In this document: in pieces, positions 54,088 through 64,000 of the stretch
Position numbering within the stretch: position 1 is the stretch's first letter
Layout of the letters: each line of letters starts with the position of its first letter
Assembly (NCBI GenBank): GCA_038087875.1
Contig: CM075997.1
Location: 8,868,001 to 8,932,000, forward strand
DNA: 64,000 bases
From: Malacoraja senta
Taxonomy: Eukaryota
Direction of reading: 5' to 3'
The notes under the pieces: model-generated
The model's input: the letters and a program-made list of their open reading frames with translations, nothing else
Database searches by the model: none
Told to the model about the DNA's origin: nothing
Translations under genes and position numbers: made by a program

Positions 54088-56268
54088 ACATAGAAACATA
54101 GAAAATAGGTGCAGGAGTAGGCCATTCCGCCTTTCGAGCCTGCACCGCCATTCAATATGATCATGGCTGATAATCCAACTCAGTATCCTGTACCTGCCTT
54201 CTCTCCATACCACCTGATACCTTTAGCCATAAGGGCCACATCTAACTCCCTCTTAAATATAGCCAATGAACTGGCCTCAACTACCTTCTGTGGCAGAAAA
54301 TTCCAGAGATTCACCACTCTCAGTGTGAAAAATGTTTTTCTTATCTCGGTCCTAAAAGATTTCCCACTTGTTCTTAAACTGTGACCCCCTTGTCCTGGAC
54401 TTCCCCAACATCGGGAACAACCTTCCTGCATCTAGCCTGTCGAACCCCTTAAGAATTATGTAAGTTTCTATAAGATCCCCCCTCAATCATCTAAATTCTA
54501 GCGAGTACAAGCCGAGTCTATCCAATATTTCTTCATATGAAAGTCCTGACATCCCAGGATTCCGTCTGGTGAACCTTCTCTGTGCTCCCTCTATGGCAAG
54601 AATGTCCTTCCTCAGATTTGGAGACAAAACTGTACGCAATACTCCAGGTGTGGTCACACCAAGGCACCCAGTTCTCGTTGCATCTCTCCTTTTCCTAATC
54701 GGCCACCATTCAGATAATAGTCTACTTTCCTGTATTTGACACCAAAGTGGATAACCTCATATTTATCCACATTATTCGGCATCTGCCATGCATTTTCCCA
54801 CTCACCCAGCCTATCCAAGTCTCCTTGCAGTCTCCTAGCATCCTCCTCGCAGCTAACACTGCCCCCCAGCTCCGTGTCATCCGCAAACTTGGAGATGTTG
54901 CATTCAATTCCCTCTTCGAAATCATTAATATATATTGTAAATAGCTGGGGTCCCAGCACTGAGCCTTGCGGTACCCCACTAGTCACTACCTGCCAATCAC
55001 TCAGCTCCTCCATCTCATTTGTCCCGCGGTCCCCTGCTATTTCCGGCAGATTATTTATGTCTTCCTTAGTGAAGACAGAACAAAAGTAGTTATTTAATTG
55101 GTCTGCCATGTCCTTGTTCCCCATGATCAATTCACCTGTTTCTGACGGCAAGGGACCTACATTCGTTTTAACTAATCTCTTTCTCTTCACATATCTATAA
55201 AAACTTTTGCAGTCGGTTTTTATGTTCCCTGCCAGTTTTCTTTCATAATCTATTTTCCCTTTCCTATTATGCCCTTTGTCCTCCTCTGCTGGAATCTGAA
55301 TTTCTCCCAGTCCTCTGGTAGTCTGCTTTTTCTGGCTAATTTTTACGCGTCATCATTTGTTTTGATATTATCCCTGATTTCCCTTGTTATCCACGGATGC
55401 ATTACCTTCCCTGATTTATTTTTTGCCAAACTGGGATGAACATTGCATATCCACCGTCAACCCATTAAGAATCAATTGCCAGTCAATATTGGCCAATTCA
55501 CGTCTCATACCCTCAAAGTTCCCTTTCTTTAAGTTCAGAACCCTTGTTTCTGAATTAACAATGTCATTCTCCATCCTAATGCAGAACTCAACCATATTAT
55601 GGTCACTCTTGCCCAAGGGACCACGCACAACAAGACTGCTAACTAACCCTTCCTCATTACTCGGTTCGAATCCCGCTTGGAGTGCATACTGTCGTTGTGT
55701 CCTTGGGCAAGACACTTCACCCACCTTTGCCTGCGTGTGAATGTGTGTGAATGTGTGTGAATGTGTGTGAGTGATTGGTGGTGGTCGGAGGGGCCGTGGG
55801 CGCAGATTAGCAGCCACGCTTCCGTCAGTCTGCCCCAGGGCAGCTGTGGCTACAGATGTAGCTCACCACCACCGAGTGTGACTGAGGAGTGAATGAATAA
55901 TGCGATGTAAAGCGCCTTGAGTATTAGAAAGGCGCTAGATATATCCCATCCATTATTATTATTACTCAATACCCAGTCTAGAATAGCCTGCTCTCTCGTT
56001 GGTTCCTCTACATATTGGTTTAGAAAACTATCCCGCATACATTCCAACAAATCCTCTTCCTCAGCACCCCTGTCAATTTGATTCACCCAATATATATGTA
56101 GATTGAAGTCACCCATTATCACTGTTTTACCTTTGTTGCACGCATTTCTAATTTCCTGTTTGATGACATCCCCAACTCCACTACTGCTGTTAGGTAGCCT
56201 GTACACAACACCCACTAGCGTTTTCTGCCCCTTAGTGTTTCGCAGCTCTACCCGTATCGATACCACAT
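54088..56268 (-). mobile_element. CR1 (HER1-like) LINE, 5'-truncated, multiple internal deletions, with a nested SINE
   Basis: Tail catagaaacatagaaaatagg at about 54088; RT SGVPQGSVLGP and KFADDT; endonuclease GDFNLH and LDWVLSN. Same subfamily as 39844-41485. Confidence 0.92.
55663..55960 (+). mobile_element. tRNA-derived SINE (5'-truncated) with an L2-type tail, AFC-SINE-like
   Basis: Pol III B box GGTTCGAATCCC; gtgtccttgggcaagacactt; core gcagccacgcttccgtcagtctgccccagggcagctgtggctac; tail tgtaaagcgccttgag...gaaaggcgcta plus (ATT)n; 7-bp TSD attactc (55656-55662 and 55961-55967). Confidence 0.88.
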
Positions 56269-56504
56269 CACGATGTAACGATCGAACGTGAAAGCAACAG
56301 TCAGCCAAACGGAGCAGTCCCTGCTTGCAATTTTGAAAACAGTCGTGAGAGCACATATTGGGGTTATATGTAAAAAATGGGCGTACATGTAAAGATTATT
56401 GATCTGGTCGGCAATAATAGCTGCCATTACCATGAAGTAGCGGGTGGTACATTTGGAGAGTCCACATTTTCCACGGGAGAGGATCGCAATCGCCGTTAAA
56501 TTAA
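56269..56504 (-). pseudogene. Class A GPCR exon fragment, GPR139/GPR142-like (TM1 end to TM3), truncated by the CR1
   Basis: After a pyrimidine tract and AG at 56505-56506 it reads NLTAIAILSRGKCGLSKCTTRY...ITPIC...DCSVWLTVAFTFDRY. TM2 appears shortened and the sequence stops just after the DRY motif. Confidence 0.78.
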
Positions 56505-56699
56505 CTTCATGAAAAAAGGAAAACCTAAAGTAGTTTTAAACGTGATTAACCTCATCAGCTACACTCTCTGCATGGAAGGAATGGTGTTTCGCTACCGTGC
56601 ACAAAGCATTAACGACATTCGTCGCCATAGTACTAGCCCGCCTGCGAACCTGCATACAAATGGTGGATATGATGAATACGTTTTGCACGTGGCAATTCC

Positions 56700-58860
56700 T
56701 TTTTTTTTAAATTTTATTTATTAGAAGTACATTACATTACAACCACATACATTAGTACTCGTCACTTATACCTTCTTACAATTAATGTACTCCGTTTGTT
56801 TTTTACACTAGTAAAAGGAAAGGATAAGATTGAAAGAAAGAAGAAAGTGAAGGAAAAAGTGAAAGTGTAGAAAGTGTGACAACAATACAGAACGAAGACC
56901 CTATAAGAAAAAAATTAAAAACAAAAGAAAAAGAGTTAAGAAATAGACCCTAGAAAAGAAGGAGAAAGAGAAAGAGGAGAAAGAGAAAAACAAATAGTTT
57001 TTATGAGCATTACGCAAATGGAACATACCAACTTTCCAACTATCATCACCTTTTACCTGACCTCAGTTTTTTTTAAGGTACCTTTGCACCCTATATTTGT
57101 AATAATTATATAAATGCAGACCACGTCAGATGGAAGTGATCTGGTTTACCTGCCAGGAGGAGTCTTATCTCTTCTAGGTGTAATGTTTCGAACATATTTG
57201 AAATCCACATGTTTATAGTTGGTATTGGAGCATTCTTCCAATATTTTAGGATTAGCTTTTTTCCTGTTATTAACCCATAGTCTATTAGTTTCTTTTGAAA
57301 CACATTTAGTTCTGGACCATCTTCCGTTGTTCCGAAGATAATCCATTCTGCTTTGGGTATCAGTTTTATTTTAAATAATTTTGTAAAGATTTCGAAAATT
57401 TCATTCCAAAATTTTTGAATTTTTGTACAGAAAACAAATGAGTGCGCTATAGTAGCTTCTTGGGATTGACATTTATCACAAATGGATGATACATTTGGGG
57501 AAATTTTATGGATTTTAGTTTTGGAATAATATAATCTATGTAAAATTTTAAATTGTATTAAAGTGTGTCTTACATTAATCGAACATTTATGCACGTTTAA
57601 TATGTGTTCATTCCACATTTCCTTTGAAATTTTAATAGCGAATTCTTGTTCCCAGTCTATTCTGATACCCTCCGTAGATGGTATTTCTACATTTAAGATA
57701 ATATTATACAAATATGATATTAAGTTTGCTGTTTCAGCTTTTATCTGCATTGCCTCATCCAATACATCTGCTGGGCTATTATAATGATCTTTTGTATATT
57801 TTTTCAAATAGTCGCATATTTGAAAATATTTAAAATATTGATTATTTCCGAGTTTATATTTTATTTGTAATTGTTGAAATGAAAGTAATTTTCCAGTTTC
57901 ATACAGGTCACCGAACGTTTTAATTCCTAGTCTATCCCAATGTATAAAATATTTATCTATAATAGAGGGATTAAACGAAGGGTTATTAACTATGGGAGAT
58001 AATAGTGATAAATTTCTTCATTTTAAATTTTGTTTTATTTGTTTCCAAATTCGGATTGTACTATGGATAATTGGGTTCTTATTATAATTTATATTATTCA
58101 GTTTCATTGGTGAGAGGAGGATCGCTCCAATGTTTCCAGAGGAGCAATCCTCTTCCTCCATTACAATCCAGTCCACTTGCTGGGCGGAGTTATCCATCAG
58201 TTTAATCATATTTTTAATATTTACTGACCAATAATAATACATGAAATTAGGTAGTGCTAAACCCCCTAATACTTTAGGTTTATTCAAATGAGTTTTTTGT
58301 ATTCTATGTGATTTATAGTCCCATATAAAATTAGTGATATCTGAGTCCAGTTTTAAAAAAAACTTCTTTGGTAAGTATATAGGAATCGATTGAAATAGGT
58401 ATAAAATTTGTGGTAGAAAGATCATTTTTATTGCATTTATTCGGCTTATTAAAGACATCGGGATCGTTTTCCAAAATTTAATTAGTGTGTTTAATTTATT
58501 AAGTAGTGGATCAAAATTTGCCTTAAACATACCTTGATATGTTCTAGTAATTTCAATTCCCAAGTATTTACATTTTTCTGGAGCTATTTTAAAAGGGAAT
58601 TTTAAAAGATGTGTTGAATCTTTCGGTTTTATTGACATAATTTCACTCTTATTCCAATTTATTCTATATCCAGAAAAGGATCCAAAGTCTTCAATTAAAT
58701 TTAATATATTTGGTATAGTGATTTGAGGTTTTGTAATGTACAGTAATATATCATCCGCGTATAAAGATATTTTATTATATGAATCTTTAGTATTATACCC
58801 ATGGATATCAGGGTGTATTCTAATTTTTTCTGCTAGCGGTTCAATAATAAGTGCAAACAA
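56700..58860 (-). mobile_element. L1-clade LINE, 5'-truncated (RT C-half, C-terminal domain, 3' UTR, poly-A)
   Basis: LFALIIEPLA, ISLYADDILLY, KYLGI, GGLALPNF..YYW, QFKILHR, CDKC...H...C. AATAAA plus poly-A at 56700-56720. 14-bp TSD cacgtggcaattcc (56686-56699) and cacgtcgcaattcc (58861-58874). Confidence 0.93.
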
Positions 58861-59223
58861 CACGTCGCAATTCCGACCAATAATTCTGCTCCGACCAGGC
58901 AAAGCGTGCTAACCATAGATATGCCGAACTCTCCTTTGTTCCTAACAGGTCAACCCGTCAACATCGTGGATCTGTACACCGTGGGTGGCTCGATTGTGAT
59001 CACGCATTGTCTTTCCACTAACTGGTTAGCAGGCAACAAACGTTTTTCACTGTACTTTGGTACACATGGCAGTAAGCTAAACTGAATTTAATCCATTTGG
59101 ACGAATGGGTGTATGCATAGATTTGGAGGGGCACAGGGCAAACGCAGGGAAATGTGACGAGCTCGATTAGGAAGTTAGGTCGGCATGAACAACTTGTTCG
59201 AATTAGAACGAGTCCATGTTGAA

Positions 59224-59693
<470 letters not shown>

Positions 59694-60430
59694 CAATACA
59701 ATACGGTTTTATTCGTCACATTGCACATAAAGTGCAAGTGAAATGAATTTGCCAGCAGCGGTACAATGATAAAGAACACACAATACACAATACAATTTAA
59801 CACAAACATCCACCACAGCATTCATCACTGTGGTGGAAGGCACCAAAATTGGCCAGCCCTCCTCCACTTTCCCCGTGGTCGGGACCACCACTGCGGGCGT
59901 CCAGATGTGCAGACAAGGAAAAAAGTCCAGGTAAGTCCTGAATCGGTGCCTCCCCACCGGAGACCGCGGCATTCATGTTGGTGTAGGCGGCAGGCCGGCG
60001 GTCGAGATTGAAAGTTCGCACCGCAGCCAGAAGCACCGCAGACTGCAGGACCGGCGGTCTGGAACTCCCCTCCATGGATCCCTGGCGAGGGATCCCGCTC
60101 CTGATGGTAAGTAAGTCGCCGCCGCGCCCGCGGTAGAAGTAGACCGCGGGACGGCAGTCGGAGCGGAAGCTTCTTCTTCCCCCGGGTCCCCACGAGGGAT
60201 CCCGGGCTGCGGACGCCGCGCCAGCTGGAGCTCTGCAGACTGCGACTGCAGGCTTCCGGCTGCCGCGGGCCAGCGAAACGGAGCGCTCCCCTCCGGCGAG
60301 CCCCAGCGAGGGCTCGCCCGCTCCACGCCGAGAGTCCGCGCTGCCCCCGCCGCTGAAGACCCGGCTCTTCTCCGGGAAAGGCTGCCTGATCCTCGCTGTT
60401 AGGCCACGGGGAAGGCGACCTGGAAAAAGT
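59694..60430 (-). mobile_element. GC-rich non-coding retroposon (element B) with a Rex1-like 3' tail, sitting inside the (TCTA)n tract
   Basis: Minus-strand end tttcacttgcactttatgtgcaatgtgacgaataaaaccgtattgtattg. The CpG-rich body shares colinear blocks with 46873-47852. Confidence 0.68.
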
Positions 60431-60795
<365 letters not shown>

Positions 60796-61159
60796 TTTAC
60801 CCGCAACTTGGAACTGGGAGGCAGAGTGTAAAAATGAGTCAGCGATTTAAAAATATCGTGCGAGATAAAAGGTGACATGGATGGCGAAATACAAGTGGTC
60901 AGGCAGCATTTGTGAATAGGAAACACACGTTCACTTTCCAGGTCGCTGGCCCTTGAGCAAAACTGGGAATGAGGCAAAACAATGTAGTGTGATGTTGCAG
61001 GCTGGGTGGGTGGGATGGACACAATTAAGGGACTGTCTTTGTTAGCGTGAAGTCAGTGTTCTTTAGCAATATACACTTTATCTGAATGAGGGATTAAAAC
61101 AACAGGGTTTAACTGCAGGGAATATTGAAGGGAAAATCTGTGTTAGCTCCGACTACCTT

Positions 61160-61590
61160 TACATATGACGCCATTGTGGTAAGCCGGATCACGGACAATG
61201 GCGAGAGGGAGCAGAGAAAAGAGATAGAGAACTTAATACCATGCTGTCAGGATAACAACTTCAGCGGACGAAAGAGACAGTGATCGACTTCAGGAACGAT
61301 GGAGAATTTATGTGGCAAGCGGTAGCAACGGTGAGAAAGTGGAAATGATTGCGAAATTCAACTTCGTGGCGTTATATTACAAGCGGTCTGTCGTGGCAGA
61401 TGGTTTGAAGCTAGAAAGCGTGTACTCCAAACTCATGAAAAGCGTCTTCCCCTCCGCTACTAGACTTCTGAACGGTCGTTCCATAAGATATAGTACTGTC
61501 CGATTCACCTCTACCTGATTGCGGACAATCAATACCATGCAAAACAATGCTTTTCACTGTACTTCGGTACACGTGAGAACAATAAACTTA
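61160..61590 (+). mobile_element. Highly decayed Rex1/Babar-like 3' fragment
   Basis: Remnants resembling DDTAIVGRI...CQDNN and SVFPSATRLLN; tail ttttcactgtacttcggtacacgtgagaacaataaac. Confidence 0.6.
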
Positions 61591-61802
61591 CAGCTAAACC
61601 GTTCACACAGTCATAGAGTCACAGATATTTACAGAATAGCAACGGACCATTCAGCTAACCCTGTCCCATGATGACTTTTATGGCACACCAGGCGAGTCCA
61701 ATTTCTTCCATTTGGTCGTAATCAATTGAGGCTTGACCAGTGCTTTGACCAGTGCTTTCTGTGTCTGGAGTAAAGAGAACTCCAGGAGTAGGAGTAGAGT
61801 AG

Positions 61803-62855
61803 TGCAGGAGTGAACGGGTCCTTTTCAGAATGGCAGGTATTGGCGAGTGGAATGCCGCAACTGTTTACCATATATATTAATGATTTGGAAGAGGGAATTA
61901 GGAGCAACACTAGCAGGTTTGCGGATGACACGAAGCTGCGTGGCAGTGTGAACTGTGAAGAGGATGTTAGGAAGTTGCAGGGTGACCTGGACAGGTTCAG
62001 TGAGTGGGCAGATGCGTGGCAGATGCAGTATAATATAGATAAATGTGAGGTTATCCACTTTGGCGGAAAAAACAAGGGGGCAGATTATTATCTCAATGAG
62101 GTTAGGTTATGTAAGGGGGAGGTGCAGTTAGACCTGGGTGTCCTTATACACCGGTCACTGAAAGTTGGCATGCAGGTACAGCAGGCAGTGAAGAAAGCTA
62201 ATGCAATGTTGGCCTTCATAACAAGAGGATTTCAGTATAGGAGTAAAGAGGTTCTTCTGCATTTGTATAGGGCTCTGGTGAGACCACGTCTGGAGTATTG
62301 TGTACAGTTTTGGTCTCCTAATTTGAGGAAGGGCATCCTTGTGATTGAGGCAGTGCAGCGTAAGTTCGCGAGATTGATCCCTGGGATGGCGGGACTGTCA
62401 TATGATGAAAGATTGAAAAGGCTAGACTTGTATTCACTGGAGTTTAGAAGGATGAGGGGATATCTTATAGAAACATATAAAATTATAAAAGGACTGGACA
62501 AGCTAGATGCAGGAAAAATGTTCCCAATGTTGGGCGAGTCCAGAACCAGGGGCCACAGTCTTAGAATAAAGGGGAGGTCATTTAAGACTGAGGTGAGAAA
62601 AAACCTTTTCACCCAGAGAGTTGTGAATTTATGGAATTCCCTGCCACAGAGGGCAGTGGAGGCCAAATCACTGGATGGATTTAAAAGAGAGTTAGATAGA
62701 GCTATAGGGGCTAGTGGAGTCAAGGGATATGGGGAGAAGGCAGGCACGGGTTATTGATAGGAAATGATCAGCCATGATCACAATGAATGGCGGTGCTGGC
62801 TCGAAGGGCCGAATGGCCTCATCCTGCACCTATTTTCTTTGTTTCTATGTTTCTC
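61803..62855 (+). mobile_element. CR1 (HER1-like) 3' fragment with an open RT C-terminus
   Basis: ORF 61810..62757 ([35 protein letters not shown]) plus 3' UTR and tail. Confidence 0.92.
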
Positions 62856-63498
62856 TGTTTCATAACAAGAGCAGTTGAGTATTGGAGTACAGAGGTTCTT
62901 CTGCAGTTGTATAGGGCTCTGGTGAGACCACATCTGGGGTATTTTGTACAGTTTTGGTCTCCTAATTTGAGGGTGGGCTTCCTTGTGACTGAGCCAGTGC
63001 AGCGTAGGTTCACGAGATTGATCCCTGGGATGGCGGGACTGTCATATGAGGAATGATTGAAAAGACTAGACTTGTATTCACTGGAGTTTAGAAGTATGAG
63101 GGGAGATCTCATAGAAACATATAAAATTTTAAAAGGATTGGACAAGCTAGATGCAGGAAAATTGTTCCCAATGTTGGGGGAGTCCAGAACCAGGGGCCAC
63201 ATTCTTAGAATAAAGGGAAGGTCATTTAAGACTGAGGTGAGAAAGAACTTTTTCACCCAGAGAGTAGTGAATTTATGGAATTCCCTGCCACAGAGGGCAG
63301 TGGAGGCCAAGTCATTGGATGGATTTAAGAGAGAGTTAGATAGAGCTCTAGGGGCTAGTGGAGTCAAGGGATATGGGGAGAAGGCAGGCACGGGTTATTG
63401 ATAGGGGACGATCAGCCATGATCACAATGAATGGCTGTGCTGGCTCGAAGGGCCGAAAGCCCTCCTCCTGCACTTAGTTTCTATGTTTCTATGTTTCT
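62856..63498 (+). mobile_element. Second CR1 3' fragment, directly in tandem with the previous one
   Basis: Repeats 62214-62850 with substitutions and a stop codon; ends in tttctatgtttctatgtttcta. Confidence 0.9.
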
Positions 63499-64000
63499 AA
63501 CTGTCTCATCCTGAATACCACCAAGACCAAAGAGATGGATGTTAACTTTGGCAGGTCCAAGCTCCCGCTTCAGCCAGTTAACACTGCAGGGGTGGACATT
63601 GAGGTGGTGCAGAGATATAAATATCTGAGAGTGCACCTTGATAACAAACTGGACTGGTCAGTCAACACCGATGCCCTCTACAAAAAACGACAGAGCAGAC
63701 TATTTTTCCTCAGAAGGCTCAGATCCTTCAATGTGCGCAATGACATGCTGTACTTGATTTACTATACTGTGGTTGGAAGTGTCATTTTCTACGCTGTTTT
63801 CTGCTGGGGTAACAGTGTCAGGGCTAAAAACAGCAAGAAGTTCGACAAGCTGGTAAAACGAGCTAGCTCAGTGCTGGGGGGGAGAGTGGACTCTTGTGGT
63901 GGATGTGCTTGAGAGGCTTATGAGGAGCAAGGTCATCCTCGACAACTCCGGGAACCCCCTCCATGAAATTCTGGAGGGTCAAAAGATCACATGGAAGAAC
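63499..64000 (+). mobile_element. Rex1/Babar-like LINE, ORF2 C-terminal fragment (runs off the window)
   Basis: LILNTTKTKEM, YKYLRVHLDNKLDWS, QSRLFFLRRLRSFN; homologous to but clearly diverged from 25380-25900. Confidence 0.85.

Overview
Eukaryotic repeat-rich DNA with no intact host gene. The CR1 3' ends with (TTTCTATG)n tails resemble elasmobranch HER1-type LINEs, and there is a GPR139-like fragment, so the host is probably a shark, skate or ray (inference). Positions 1-45189 are an AT-rich satellite array of roughly 1,000 monomers, mainly 33 bp (TTTTTGCAAACATTTTAGAACCAAGACACACAC) and 29 bp, with kb-scale higher-order duplications. The array is TE-free for the first 24 kb and is then interrupted by four insertions: a 5'-truncated Rex1/Babar-like LINE, a complete 8.4-kb class I endogenous retrovirus (LTR-gag-pro-pol-env-LTR, tRNA-Pro PBS, 4-bp TSD), an internally deleted CR1 LINE and a 1.17-kb solo LTR. 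After a 200-N assembly gap (45190-45389) comes a dense field of nested, decayed elements: CR1, RTE-X-like, L1 and Rex1 LINEs, a tRNA-derived SINE, two related GC-rich non-coding retroposons with different LINE tails, a THAP remnant, a GPCR pseudo-exon and (TCTA)n microsatellites. Almost all ORFs called in 1-45 kb are artefacts of the satellite. The best novelty candidates are the provirus and its Ig-V-like Env N-terminus, the tail-swapped GC-rich retroposon pair, and a teleost-type SINE. All alignments and family calls were made by eye; no searches were run.
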